Source: Patescibacteria group bacterium (lineage in GTDB: Bacteria; Patescibacteriota; Patescibacteriia; JAHJFT01). Taken from it: a stretch of 64,000 nucleotides of DNA. Positions within the stretch are counted from its first letter, which is position 1, and each line of letters begins with the position of its first letter. The stretch covers positions 86,750 to 150,749 of the forward strand of contig JAQTTB010000002.1 of assembly GCA_028710985.1 (NCBI GenBank). Direction: 5' to 3'. Below the pieces are notes generated by a model. That model had not been told where the DNA came from, made no database searches, and worked only from the letters and a program-made list of their open reading frames with translations. The translations under genes and the position numbers were made by a program. This document shows, in pieces, positions 36,177 to 46,105 of this stretch.

Positions 36177-37271
36177 CTACTCCATCTCCCCCAATTGTTC
36201 AATTAATTTTTTTTGTTCGCGGGACAAATGCTTCGGGACCTTCACTAAAACCTCTACCAACTGATCCCCCCTTCCGCCGCCGTGCAGCGCCGGGATTCCT
36301 TTATCATTTAATTTAAAAATTTGGCCGCCTTGGGTTCCGGCCGGTATCTTTAAACTGACACGCCCTTCAATTGTCTCGATGTCAGTGCTCCCGCCCAGTG
36401 CGGCAAGCGTAAACGAAATATGCTCGTGCGAAATAATGTTCAGCCCGTCGCGCTTAAACCGCGCGTCCGGCCGCACGCGCACATGCACATACAGGTCGCC
36501 GGCACGTCCGCCCCAGGCGCCTCGTTCGCCCTGGCCGGAAAGCTTGATTACTTCGCCGTTATCAATGCCGGCCGGTATTTTTATTTTCAGCTGCCGGCTC
36601 TGTTTGGTCGCGCCGATTCCGCCGCATTCGCGACACGGTTTTTCCGGACGCTTGCCTTCGCCGTGGCATTCACGGCAGACCGCGGTGGATTGGAAGCTCC
36701 CGAACACCGTGCGTTGCACCGTCTGTACCTGGCCGCTCCCCCCGCACGTCGCGCAGGAAATAATCTTTGTGCCCGGCTCGGCGCCGTTGCCCTGGCAATG
36801 CCGGCAACTATCGCTCTTGTATAAATTCAAAATCTTCTCGGCTCCGAAAACCGTTTCCGAAAAATCAATGTCTGCATCAACTTCGATATCCGCGCCGCGC
36901 GCCCGGCCCGACCGGCGCCTTGTTCCGCCGCCCATGCCGCCGAACAAATCTCCCAGAATATCGCCGAGGTCGCCGACATTGCCGAAATCAAAACCCGCGC
37001 CGCCTCCGAACGGTCCGCCAAAACCCTGCCCGAATCCCGGACCGGCCTGGTCAAAAGTCGTGCCGAACTGATCATACTGGCGCCGTTTTTCCGGGTTGCC
37101 GAGCACCTGAAAGGCTTCGTTAAGCTCCTTGAATTTGGCTTCATCCCCGCCCGCCTTGTCCGGATGGAATTTATGCGCCAGTTTGCGGAAAGCCTTTTTA
37201 ATTTCTTCCGGCGACGCGCTTCTGTCCACGTCCAATATTTTGTAATAATCTTTTGCCATTGAATTATTCAA
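36177..37271 (-). CDS. dnaJ: Chaperone DnaJ
   Basis: J-domain with HPD, Gly/Phe-rich region, four CxxCxGxG zinc-finger repeats. Confidence 0.9.
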   Translation of the reverse strand: MNNSMAKDYYKILDVDRSASPEEIKKAFRKLAHKFHPDKAGGDEAKFKELNEAFQVLGNPEKRRQYDQFGTTFDQAGPGFGQGFGGPFGGGAGFDFGNVGDLGDILGDLFGGMGGGTRRRSGRARGADIEVDADIDFSETVFGAEKILNLYKSDSCRHCQGNGAEPGTKIISCATCGGSGQVQTVQRTVFGSFQSTAVCRECHGEGKRPEKPCRECGGIGATKQSRQLKIKIPAGIDNGEVIKLSGQGERGAWGGRAGDLYVHVRVRPDARFKRDGLNIISHEHISFTLAALGGSTDIETIEGRVSLKIPAGTQGGQIFKLNDKGIPALHGGGRGDQLVEVLVKVPKHLSREQKKLIEQLGEME

Positions 37272-37860
37272 TCATCATTTCTTTATATTTTTTTGAATCA
37301 ATCAGTTTTCTGATTTGATTCGCGATATACTCATCCGTGCTGTCCGCAAGCGTGAGATACATTTCCCGAACTTCGTGGTTCCAGCGCGGCAGTTTATATT
37401 TGTTCGGCGTCAGCGGCCATGAACGCACATTATCAAGCACGTCCGCGCACTTCACCATGCGCGTCCGGTAATCGGTCCCCATGGTCTTTCGGAACTTTTG
37501 CATTTTGGACTCGCGATCTTTGACGCGCGTCACGCCGGCGACCAACCTCTTCACCTCGCGGCCGTACCGCATGCCGATTTCCGCGATCTTAACCGGCGTG
37601 TCTTCCACCACGTCATGCAAAAGCGCGGCCTGTATCATTTCCGGGTCATAGATACCGCGCTCGCCCATCAGGATGTTTGCCGCGCGGACCGGATGGATAA
37701 TATACGGAATCTTTTCATCGCGCTCCTGGCCGCGGTGCATTTTTTTCGCGAATTCAAATGCCTCAATCACCCGTTTCCGGTCGCTGTCCGAAAATTTTTT
37801 AATCAATTTTTTGAATTTTTGATAATTCGCGTTCAGGCTGATGAATTGTGAGAGTATCAC
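37264..37860 (-). CDS. HD-domain (p)ppGpp-hydrolase-like small alarmone hydrolase
   Basis: RelA/SpoT-type HD motif (HRGQ...YIIHPVRAANIL...ALLHDVVED) with no synthetase domain. Confidence 0.55.
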   Translation of the reverse strand: MILSQFISLNANYQKFKKLIKKFSDSDRKRVIEAFEFAKKMHRGQERDEKIPYIIHPVRAANILMGERGIYDPEMIQAALLHDVVEDTPVKIAEIGMRYGREVKRLVAGVTRVKDRESKMQKFRKTMGTDYRTRMVKCADVLDNVRSWPLTPNKYKLPRWNHEVREMYLTLADSTDEYIANQIRKLIDSKKYKEMMIE

Positions 37861-37876
37861 ATTCCTCCTTTTTTAT

Positions 37877-39772
37877 TTATTTTTTATCGTTGTCGTCTTT
37901 TTTAACATCCTCAAATTCGCCTTCAATCGGGCCCTTTTTCTCTTCGGCCGGTCCGGCTTGCGGTGCGGCCTGCTGATTTTGGTACATTGCCGCTCCGACT
38001 TTCTGCGCCGCGGCTGAGAGCTCTTCGGCGGCTTTCTTGATTGCCTCAAGATCATCGCCGTCTTTTACTTTTTTCAAAGCCTCAATTTTTGCCTCAACAT
38101 CCTTGCGGTCTGCCTCGGAAACCTTGTCGCCCGCGTCTTTGAGCATCTTCTCGGCCGTGTACGCCATGGTATCGGCCATATTCTTGGTTTCAATAATGTC
38201 TTTTTTCTTTTTATCCTCATCGGCATGCGACTCGGCATCCTTTTTCATTTTCTCAACCTCGTCCTTGGATAATCCGGACGATGCCGTGATGGTAATTTTC
38301 TGCTCTTTTCCGGTCGCCTTATCCTTGGCCGAAACATTGAGAATGCCGTTCGCGTCAATATCAAATTTCACCTCAACCTGCGGCACGCCCCGGGGCGCCG
38401 GCGGAATGCCGGATAATATAAATCTTCCGAGCGTCTTACTGTCAGCCGCCATTTCGCGTTCGCCCTGGAGCACGTGTATTTCAACTGAAGTCTGGCTGTC
38501 CGCCGCGGTTGAAAAAATCTGCGACTTTGAAGTCGGAATAGTGGTATTGCGCTCAATGAGCCGCGTCATCACTCCGCCGAGCGTCTCAATGCCGAGCGAA
38601 AGCGGCGTCACGTCCAGGAGCAGAACATCCTTAACCTCGCCCTGGAGAACGCCGGCCTGCACCCCTGCGCCGACGGCCACAACCTCGTCCGGATTAACGC
38701 TGATGTTCGCCTTCTTGCCGAAAAATTCCTCTACCCTTTTAAGCACGAGCGGCATGCGCGTCATGCCCCCCACGAGCACCACTTCTTCAATCTCGCTGGT
38801 TTTAAGGCCCGCGTCCGCAAGCGCCCGTCGGCAGGGTTCAAGAGTTTTTTCCACCAGATCCCCGACCAGCTCCTCGAGCTTGGCGCGGTTCATTTTCATA
38901 ACCAGATGCTTGGGGCCGGATGCGTCGGAGGTAATAAACGGCTGGTTGATTTCCGTATCCTGCGCGGATGAAAGTTCAATCTTGGCTTTTTCCGCGGCTT
39001 CTTTGATGCGCTGAAGCGCGAGCGGATCCTTGCCCAGATCAATTCCGGATTCTTTTTTGAATTCCGCGAGTATCCACTCAATAATCACCTGGTCAAAATC
39101 ATCGCCGCCGAGATGCGTGTCGCCGTTGGTTGATTTTACCTCAACCGTGTCCTCGGCCACGTCCAGAACCGAAATATCAAAAGTACCGCCGCCCAGATCA
39201 TAAACCGCGATCTGCTGGCCCTTTTTCTGGTCAAATCCGTAAGCCAGGGCCGCGGCCGTCGGTTCGTTGATGATACGGCGGACTTTAAGCCCGGCGATTT
39301 CACCGGCATCCTTGGTCGCCTGGCGCTGGGAATCGTCAAAATAAGCCGGCACCGTAATAACCGCTTCTTCAATCTTTTCCCCGATCCTGGCTTCGGCGTC
39401 GGCTTTGAGTTTCTGCAAAATCATTGCCGAGACTTCCTGCGGCGTGTATTCCTTTCCGTTCATTTCCACCTTCACGCCCTCGCCGGATTTTACTATTTTA
39501 AACGGCATATGCTTCAGGTCGCGCTGGACTTCCGCGTCGTCAAAACGCCGGCCGATCAGCCGTTTCACCGAGTAGATCGTATTTTGCGGATTGGTCACCG
39601 CCTGCCGCTTCGCGAGCTGGCCGACAATGCGCTCGCCGCTTTTTGAAATCGCGACGACCGACGGCGTGGTGCGGTTGCCTTCCGCGTTTTCCAGCACTTT
39701 TGGTTTTCCCCCTTCAATGATTGACATGCACGAATTGGTCGTGCCAAGATCGATTCCTAAAATTTTTGGCAT
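37877..39772 (-). CDS. dnaK: Chaperone DnaK (Hsp70)
   Basis: [18 protein letters not shown] and the full Hsp70 architecture. Confidence 0.95.
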   Translation of the reverse strand: MPKILGIDLGTTNSCMSIIEGGKPKVLENAEGNRTTPSVVAISKSGERIVGQLAKRQAVTNPQNTIYSVKRLIGRRFDDAEVQRDLKHMPFKIVKSGEGVKVEMNGKEYTPQEVSAMILQKLKADAEARIGEKIEEAVITVPAYFDDSQRQATKDAGEIAGLKVRRIINEPTAAALAYGFDQKKGQQIAVYDLGGGTFDISVLDVAEDTVEVKSTNGDTHLGGDDFDQVIIEWILAEFKKESGIDLGKDPLALQRIKEAAEKAKIELSSAQDTEINQPFITSDASGPKHLVMKMNRAKLEELVGDLVEKTLEPCRRALADAGLKTSEIEEVVLVGGMTRMPLVLKRVEEFFGKKANISVNPDEVVAVGAGVQAGVLQGEVKDVLLLDVTPLSLGIETLGGVMTRLIERNTTIPTSKSQIFSTAADSQTSVEIHVLQGEREMAADSKTLGRFILSGIPPAPRGVPQVEVKFDIDANGILNVSAKDKATGKEQKITITASSGLSKDEVEKMKKDAESHADEDKKKKDIIETKNMADTMAYTAEKMLKDAGDKVSEADRKDVEAKIEALKKVKDGDDLEAIKKAAEELSAAAQKVGAAMYQNQQAAPQAGPAEEKKGPIEGEFEDVKKDDNDKK

Positions 39773-39787
39773 AATTTCTGTAAATTA

Positions 39788-40183
39788 TTATTTTTTTACT
39801 TGAATTTTAACGGCCTTGGATTTTACCTTGACGGTTTTCGGGACAGATATCATGAGCATGCCGTTTGCCATTTGCGCGCTCGCCTTCTCTCCGATCACCG
39901 CGGTGGGCAGAGGCAGTGAGCGGTAGAACGAACCGGTCCGAATTTCTTTGCGATAATAATCTTTTTCTTCTACCTCGGTTTTTTTATCCATTTTTCCCTG
40001 AACAGTGAGCACGTTCCCTTTTACCGAAATATCAACCTTTTGCGGACTGACCCCGGCCAGCGGAATCTTGATCTCAACCGTGGTATTTGTTTCATAAATA
40101 TCAGCCGGAGGAACAATCGGAGAGACGGCCATTTTTTCTACATCCTCCATCGGCCATAACGGCGACCATGGAATTAATGACAT
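39788..40183 (-). CDS. Hsp20/alpha-crystallin small heat-shock protein
   Basis: Alpha-crystallin domain (GVSPQKVDISVKGNVLTVQG...FYRSLPLP). Confidence 0.8.
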   Translation of the reverse strand: MSLIPWSPLWPMEDVEKMAVSPIVPPADIYETNTTVEIKIPLAGVSPQKVDISVKGNVLTVQGKMDKKTEVEEKDYYRKEIRTGSFYRSLPLPTAVIGEKASAQMANGMLMISVPKTVKVKSKAVKIQVKK

Positions 40184-40187
40184 ATTG

Positions 40188-40655
40188 TTACTTTTTATTA
40201 ATAATTACTTTTGCGGCGCGAATTAATACTCCGCGCAGTTTATAGGCGCAAACGATTGTCTCCAGCACCTCGTCCTCTTCCCGGCCGTCTTCGCTTCTCT
40301 GCCCGACCGCCTCCATAAACGCGGGATCGAACTTGCCGGTAATTTCAACCTTTTCGAGCCCGGCCTGGTAGAGCGCGTCCCGCATCTGGCGGTAAATGCC
40401 GTCAATCCCCTCAACCCATTTGCCGGCTTCGGAATCCGCCGCGGGCTGGTGTTCTTTGGCTTTTTCAAAATTATCCAGCACCGGCAGGAGCGACAGAATT
40501 ATTTCCTTATTCGCATATTTAAAAATCTCAATGCGCTCTTTGGCGGTTTCCTTCTGCAGATTGTCATAATCCGCGCGCGCCCGCTTCCAGCCGGCAAGAT
40601 ATTCTTCCGCCTGTTTCCGGAGCGCCTCGCAGTCGCATTTATTTTTTTCTTCCAT
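40188..40655 (-). CDS. grpE: Nucleotide exchange factor GrpE
   Basis: GrpE coiled-coil and C-terminal beta domain (LLPVLDNFE...). Confidence 0.85.
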   Translation of the reverse strand: MEEKNKCDCEALRKQAEEYLAGWKRARADYDNLQKETAKERIEIFKYANKEIILSLLPVLDNFEKAKEHQPAADSEAGKWVEGIDGIYRQMRDALYQAGLEKVEITGKFDPAFMEAVGQRSEDGREEDEVLETIVCAYKLRGVLIRAAKVIINKK

Positions 40656-40674
40656 ATATTATATCTAGATAAAT

Positions 40675-41013
40675 TTATCCTAATTTACTGCCATTGGGTA
40701 CACTTTTGTCCGGGACAGCCAGGACAACGGACCCATCTTCTCTATAAAATCCCGAGCAAAGAAATTCTGAATTAAACGGTCCGATCTGTTTTGCCGGAAA
40801 ATTAACCACGCCAATTATTTGTTTATTCATTAAATCTTCTTTGCGATACAGATCCGTAATTCTGGCGCTTGATTGCCTGATGCCGATTTCTGAACCAAAA
40901 TCAGCCGTTAATTTATAGGCCGGTTTTTTTGCTTCGGGAAAATCCTGCACATCAATTATCGTGCCCACCCGCAACTCCACTTTTTCGAATTCATTCCATG
41001 TTATTGGTTCCAT
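40675..41013 (-). CDS. tRNA-binding protein CsaA/Trbp111-like
   Basis: OB-fold tRNA-binding-domain pattern ([11 protein letters not shown]...AYKLTADFG). Confidence 0.6.
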   Translation of the reverse strand: MEPITWNEFEKVELRVGTIIDVQDFPEAKKPAYKLTADFGSEIGIRQSSARITDLYRKEDLMNKQIIGVVNFPAKQIGPFNSEFLCSGFYREDGSVVLAVPDKSVPNGSKLG

Positions 41014-41052
41014 AGTGTTCGCTATAATGTATTTTTTCTATATAATGCCCTT

Positions 41053-42084
41053 CTAAGCTAACTTCTCATTCCAACCAATTTTTCGACAATTGAAACATTC
41101 GTCTCCTAGAGAATTAAATATACTAGATGTAGATATTGGCGAATCGAGATAGTATGTTCCGCATGCACTACAGGGCTTAATCAAAGATTGACTAGCTGTC
41201 AAAGTATATTTATCAGTCGAACAGATATCGTCGAATATGCCTGATATAGACGGACAATGCAAGCGATTGTTGGAATATACTATTTCCCCAGATTCGTTAA
41301 TATGTATATGCGGGGCAAGGACTCCCCTAGCTACACCGACGCTTCTTTCTTCTTCGAGGGCCCGCTTCTTTACTACCCGCTTATTAGTAAAATTATTTAT
41401 GAATTTACCCAATGTAGTAAAAAATGTTAATTCCTTTTTGGTTTTTTCGCTCCATTCACGGATCAAAAACTCATTAATTTTTTCATTCTCAATCTCGCTC
41501 GCAAAATCTCTATCACCTGAAATAATTGTTAAATCTTGATCAGTGAGATATTCTAGGACGGTTTCCCATATTATTGCATCGCCAAAAGATTTATTATTTT
41601 TCCTAGGTGGATTTCCTTTTAAAGTTCTATAATATGCTCGTTCAGTGACTCTATTATTATCGAGTAATATCGTTGCTTTGGAAAAAATTTTTTTAATTTT
41701 ACGATTTATCAAGCTCCTTGGATTGGAAATCCTTGTGTTATATTCTTTTAAAATCTCCTCCTGTATTTTATGCAATTTTTTTAAAGTTTTTATCCAAACA
41801 TCAATTTTTTTATATGATTTCAGAAATTGAGGAGCTTTCGTATTTATACTAAATTTTTTTAATTTTTCAGAAAAATCTTTCGTAACGGCAATCTTATCGC
41901 GATAAAATTCATCTACGACCTGCGCGGGGATACAAAGTTCAATCTTTCTTGAAATTATAAGATCTAAGAGCTTTTCTAGGCCCACTAGAGATTGCTCAGA
42001 CATTCGATAATAATTTAAAAAAATGTTCGTGTCGATTAATACTCTTTTCATAAATATAAATTGAAGGTTTACAATTATGCACAA
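41053..42084 (-). CDS. PIN-domain nuclease fused to a C-terminal multi-cysteine zinc-ribbon region; AT-rich foreign gene
   Basis: N-terminal PIN core VLIDTNIFL plus downstream acidic residues; C-terminal cysteines CPSIS...C...CSACG...CFNCR; about 30% GC against about 50% in the flanks. Confidence 0.55.
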   Translation of the reverse strand: MCIIVNLQFIFMKRVLIDTNIFLNYYRMSEQSLVGLEKLLDLIISRKIELCIPAQVVDEFYRDKIAVTKDFSEKLKKFSINTKAPQFLKSYKKIDVWIKTLKKLHKIQEEILKEYNTRISNPRSLINRKIKKIFSKATILLDNNRVTERAYYRTLKGNPPRKNNKSFGDAIIWETVLEYLTDQDLTIISGDRDFASEIENEKINEFLIREWSEKTKKELTFFTTLGKFINNFTNKRVVKKRALEEERSVGVARGVLAPHIHINESGEIVYSNNRLHCPSISGIFDDICSTDKYTLTASQSLIKPCSACGTYYLDSPISTSSIFNSLGDECFNCRKIGWNEKLA

Positions 42085-42795
42085 CTATATGCTGTCAATC
42101 ACTTCTTTGGTCTGCCGGACCAAAGAATAGTTTTTATTATAATCCATGCGCAGCGGCCCGAGCAATGCCAGCACCCCGGGCTCGCGGTCCGCGTATTTGT
42201 ATTTGGCGATGACCAGGCTGGTCTGCGGACCGAACGGATTATTCGTCCCGACCAGAATCTGCGCCTCCTCGTTTACATTATCAAAAATCATGGAAAGCGT
42301 ATCATCCAGCCGGTCAAGCATGGCCGTCAGGTTGAACGCCTGCGAATATTCCTGAAATTCCGGGTGGCGGAAAAGGTTGGAAAGCCCGGTGTAATACGCG
42401 TGATTGAATTTGAAACCCACGATCATCGCTTCTCCGGAAATTTGGGCCAGGAGCTTGGCGACCTGCTTGATCGCCTGTTCGTAAATTGAGCTTTTGAGCA
42501 TCTCCTGAACCACATTCTGGAATTTGACGCTTTTTTCGTATTGTAAAAATTCCTTAACAAAAAAATCATACGCTTTTTCACTGGGCACGCGGCCGGCCGA
42601 GGTGTGCGGCTTGATGAGATAGCCGCTCTTCTCCAGCTCCGACATTTCGGCGCGCGCCGTGGCTGAACTCATTTTCAGCTTGTATTTATCAACCAGATTG
42701 CCCGAACCGACCGGTTCGGCGCTCTCAATGAAATCGCGTATAATTAAGCCCAATAATTGTTTTTGTCTTGCGGTGAGCATACCATTGGCAGTCAC
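42085..42795 (-). CDS. hrcA: Heat-inducible transcription repressor HrcA
   Basis: Winged-helix N-terminus (LTARQKQLLGLIIRDFIESAEPVGS) and the HrcA C-domain. Confidence 0.85.
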   Translation of the reverse strand: MTANGMLTARQKQLLGLIIRDFIESAEPVGSGNLVDKYKLKMSSATARAEMSELEKSGYLIKPHTSAGRVPSEKAYDFFVKEFLQYEKSVKFQNVVQEMLKSSIYEQAIKQVAKLLAQISGEAMIVGFKFNHAYYTGLSNLFRHPEFQEYSQAFNLTAMLDRLDDTLSMIFDNVNEEAQILVGTNNPFGPQTSLVIAKYKYADREPGVLALLGPLRMDYNKNYSLVRQTKEVIDSI

Positions 42796-42811
42796 ATTAA
42801 ACGACTGCTAA
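42785..42811 (-). promoter_or_regulatory. CIRCE-like operator TTAGCAGTC-N9-GACTGCCAA between the -10 element and the hrcA start
   Basis: One mismatch per arm relative to the CIRCE consensus TTAGCACTC-N9-GAGTGCTAA, with 9-nt spacing. Confidence 0.65.
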
Positions 42812-42815
42812 TGGC

Positions 42816-42844
42816 ATTATAATAAAAATAAAAATCATTGTCAA
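42816..42844 (-). promoter_or_regulatory. Consensus sigma-70 promoter on the minus strand (TTGACA, 17 nt, TATAAT) for the hrcA operon
   Basis: The reverse complement of 42816-42844 reads TTGACAatgatttttatttttatTATAAT. Confidence 0.6.
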
Positions 42845-42855
42845 CAGCCGGCGGC

Positions 42856-44106
42856 CTACTCAAACCGTAATGCCGCGATGGGCTCAAGACGGCTCGCGCG
42901 CCGGGCCGGATAAATGCCGAATATCAAACCAACGGCCGCGGAAAAACCCACGGCCAGCAGAATTCCGCCGGCTGACAGCTGAAAATCCCACCCGAATCCC
43001 TGGCTCGAGGCCGCAAGCGCGATTGCAAATGAAATAAGATTTCCCACGATTATGCCGACTGCCCCGGCGATCAGGCTGATAATCAGCGACTCCCACAAAA
43101 ATTGCGCCATTATATCCGAACCGCGCGCGCCCATTGCCTTGCGCAGGCCGATTTCACCGGTGCGCTCGGTTACCGACACGTACATAATATTCATAATTCC
43201 CACTCCGCCGACAATAAGAGAAATTGAAACCAGGGCAAGCAAAAGAATGGTTAAGCCGTTGAACACGACGTCCATCATCTCCGTCGCCTGCTCCATGCTC
43301 ATCACCGCAAAATCATCATCCATATCGTTTGTCGTGCCGTGGCGCTCGCGCATGACCGCCCGCATCTCCTCCACCGTGCGGTCGCCCTGCGAGGGGTCAT
43401 TCATCTGCGCGAAAATAAAAACTACGTGGTCGATGCCCATAATTTTTTTCTGCAGCGTGCGCACCGGGAGATAAACCATCTTATCCCAGTTAAAAAACAT
43501 AATCGAGCCCCGCGGCTTCATCACTCCGACCACCCGATAATTAGTCTTGCTGATTTTGATTGATTGCCCGATCGCGTCTCCCTGGCCGAACAGTTTATCC
43601 TTGACCTCGCTCCCCAGCACTACCACGCGCGCCAGTGATTTGTCTTCTTCATCGGTAAAGAACCGCCCCTCGGAAATTTCACCCTTGTCAATCGCGTCAA
43701 AAGAAGCCGATACTCCGAAAAGCATGGATTTGGTAATTTCCCCGCGATACGACAGCAGCTCCTGGGACATCAGGCCGGAATACGCATCCTTGATATTCGG
43801 CAATTTTAAAATCTCTTCCGCGTCTTCAAGCGTCAGCGTGGTAACGCTCACGCCGCCGACAAAACCCGAGGCGTTTTCCGCCGAGGTATGCCCGGTATTC
43901 GGAGTTTTTACCTCAATCTCAATGGTATTGCTGCCAAAAACCGCAACCTGATCCATCACATACTGTTTGAGCCCGTTGCCCGCGGAAATAACCACAATCA
44001 CTGCCGTAATTCCGATGACAACTCCAAGAAGCGTCAGGACGGTCCTTGACTTGTTTGACTTCAGATTGCGGATAGCGATGCCGATTGATGCGCCCCTTGA
44101 GAGCAT
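42856..44106 (-). CDS. ABC transporter permease of the MacB/FtsX family
   Basis: N-terminal transmembrane helix, large periplasmic MacB-core domain, C-terminal FtsX three-helix bundle. Confidence 0.8.
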   Translation of the reverse strand: MLSRGASIGIAIRNLKSNKSRTVLTLLGVVIGITAVIVVISAGNGLKQYVMDQVAVFGSNTIEIEVKTPNTGHTSAENASGFVGGVSVTTLTLEDAEEILKLPNIKDAYSGLMSQELLSYRGEITKSMLFGVSASFDAIDKGEISEGRFFTDEEDKSLARVVVLGSEVKDKLFGQGDAIGQSIKISKTNYRVVGVMKPRGSIMFFNWDKMVYLPVRTLQKKIMGIDHVVFIFAQMNDPSQGDRTVEEMRAVMRERHGTTNDMDDDFAVMSMEQATEMMDVVFNGLTILLLALVSISLIVGGVGIMNIMYVSVTERTGEIGLRKAMGARGSDIMAQFLWESLIISLIAGAVGIIVGNLISFAIALAASSQGFGWDFQLSAGGILLAVGFSAAVGLIFGIYPARRASRLEPIAALRFE

Positions 44107-44119
44107 AGGGAAATATTAT

Positions 44120-45361
44120 TTATTCGTAGCGCAGGGCGACGATGGGATCAAATTTAGCCGCCTTGCGCGCCGGATATATGCCGAAAACCAAACCGATTAC
44201 AATGGAAACGCCGCAGGCAACCGCGACGGATAACGGCGACACGAGCAAATCCCAGTCGTATCCGAGCGCCCGGACAATCACCGCGACAAGGACCGAGACT
44301 GCCGCTCCGGCCACGGTTCCGGCAAGCCCGCCGATCAGGGTAAAAAACACCGACTCAAGCAAAAACTGCATCATGATATCGTGATTCTTCGCGCCCATTG
44401 CCTTACGGATGCCAATTTCATGAATGCGCTCGCGCACCGCGACAAGCATGGTATTCATAATTCCGATTCCGCCGACCAATAGAGCGATTCCAGCAATCGC
44501 TGCCAAGAAAAATTTCAATGAATCAGTGACGCCGCTGAGCGCATCCAGCCCCTGCTTCAAGGAACTCACTGTAAAATCATCCTGTTTTGGATCCGTAATA
44601 TCGTGGCGTTCGCGCAGAATGGACTTAATATCCTCAACCGACTGGTCTAAATTCGCTTCGTCATCAACCTTGGCGCGCAAAAGTGAAATATGGTTAATGC
44701 CAAGCACGTTTTTCTGCACCGTGGTTACCGGAAGATAAACCCGGGTATCGTAGTTCGTAAATCCGCTTACCCCTCTTTTTTCCATCACGCCAATGACCCG
44801 GAATGTCTTTTTTTTGAACTTTATTTTTTCTCCGATGGGATCCGTGTCGCCAAAAAGCTGGGTTTTTACTTCGCTCCCGAGCACCGCGACCTGGGCCAGC
44901 GATTTCTCATCGCCCTCGGAGAACCATTGGCCTTCGGCTACTGAATAGTCCTCCACATCGAGATACTGGTATGAAACGCCCATAAAATTTCCGTCATACT
45001 TATCACCCTCCCAAGTAAATGTCGCGACTCCCTGAACGATCGGGGTTATGGCCGTAATATGCGGCGCCCGCACCGGATCAAGGAGGGCAAAAGCGTCATC
45101 GTACGTAAGCGTGGTAATCATAATACCCATAACCGCGACCGGTGGACCCTCTTCTTCCGTGCCGCCCGGCAAGATGCCGATGAGATTCGTACCCGCGCTT
45201 TTTATCTGGTTTAAAATCAGGCTCTGCGCACCGGCGCCGACCGAGATAACCAAGATTACCGCGGCAACGCCGATGATTATTCCAAGCATAGTCAAAAAAG
45301 CCCGCATCTTGCTTTGGCGGACTATGTTCAGCACAATTTTTACCGGTCCGGTAATGAACAT
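44120..45361 (-). CDS. ABC transporter permease of the MacB/FtsX family (paralogue)
   Basis: Same architecture as the gene at 42856-44106. Confidence 0.8.
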   Translation of the reverse strand: MFITGPVKIVLNIVRQSKMRAFLTMLGIIIGVAAVILVISVGAGAQSLILNQIKSAGTNLIGILPGGTEEEGPPVAVMGIMITTLTYDDAFALLDPVRAPHITAITPIVQGVATFTWEGDKYDGNFMGVSYQYLDVEDYSVAEGQWFSEGDEKSLAQVAVLGSEVKTQLFGDTDPIGEKIKFKKKTFRVIGVMEKRGVSGFTNYDTRVYLPVTTVQKNVLGINHISLLRAKVDDEANLDQSVEDIKSILRERHDITDPKQDDFTVSSLKQGLDALSGVTDSLKFFLAAIAGIALLVGGIGIMNTMLVAVRERIHEIGIRKAMGAKNHDIMMQFLLESVFFTLIGGLAGTVAGAAVSVLVAVIVRALGYDWDLLVSPLSVAVACGVSIVIGLVFGIYPARKAAKFDPIVALRYE

Positions 45362-45364
45362 ATC

Positions 45365-46099
45365 CTATTTTTGTAACTCACCGTCGTGCGCGCTGTGGCG
45401 GACTTCCACCCGAGTATCCGACGTCACCTGCCCGTCGCGCAAATAAATAATTCTTTCCGCGTGTTCGGCCGTGTATTTTTCGTGCGTCACCAGAATAATC
45501 GTCTTTCCCTGATTATTAAAATTTTCCAGAATCTCCATAATCTGCTGGCCGGATTTTGAATCAAGGTTGCCGGTCGGCTCATCGGCAAATACCACCGAGG
45601 GCTGATTGACAATCGCGCGCGCGATCGCCACCCTTTGCTTTTCGCCGCCGGAAAGCTGGCTCGAAAGATGATCGATGCGGTGCTCAAGGCCGACCGCTTT
45701 TATCGCTTCGCGCACCATGGTGTCTTTTTCTTTCGCCGAAAAACGCGTGTAAATCATGGGCAGCATCACGTTGTCATAAACGCTCGTACGCGGCAGAAGA
45801 AAAAATGCCTGAAAGATAAAACCTACTTCGTTGTTTCTCATTTCCGCAAGCTCGTCATTCGAAAGTTTGCTCACGTCACGCCCGTTGAACGTATAGGTAC
45901 CAACGGTCGGACGATCAAGAAATCCCAGTATATGCATTAGTGTGGATTTGCCCGAACCGGACGGCCCCATTATAGCAACAAATTCGCCTTTCTTAATATC
46001 AAAAGTGATCCCGTGCAAAACGCTGGTGATCACTTCTTCATTGACGTAATCTTTCGCAATTTTTTCTACGCGTATAAGCGGAAAATCTTCCATAGGCAA
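45365..46099 (-). CDS. ABC transporter ATP-binding protein (MacB/LolD type)
   Basis: Walker A GPSGSGKST, signature LSGGEKQR, Walker B VVFADEPTGNLD. Confidence 0.9.
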   Translation of the reverse strand: MPMEDFPLIRVEKIAKDYVNEEVITSVLHGITFDIKKGEFVAIMGPSGSGKSTLMHILGFLDRPTVGTYTFNGRDVSKLSNDELAEMRNNEVGFIFQAFFLLPRTSVYDNVMLPMIYTRFSAKEKDTMVREAIKAVGLEHRIDHLSSQLSGGEKQRVAIARAIVNQPSVVFADEPTGNLDSKSGQQIMEILENFNNQGKTIILVTHEKYTAEHAERIIYLRDGQVTSDTRVEVRHSAHDGELQK

Positions 46100-46105
46100 A
46101 TTTTT

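Noticed and set aside
38037-39014. Numerous long antisense or out-of-frame ORFs inside dnaK, the P-type ATPase, nrdJ, the membrane fusion protein and others (for example 38037..39014, 8797..9231, 61675..62139, 46013..46555)
   Set aside because: They lie entirely within strongly supported genes on the opposite strand or in another frame, and have Ser/Arg/Pro-rich composition typical of shadow ORFs.
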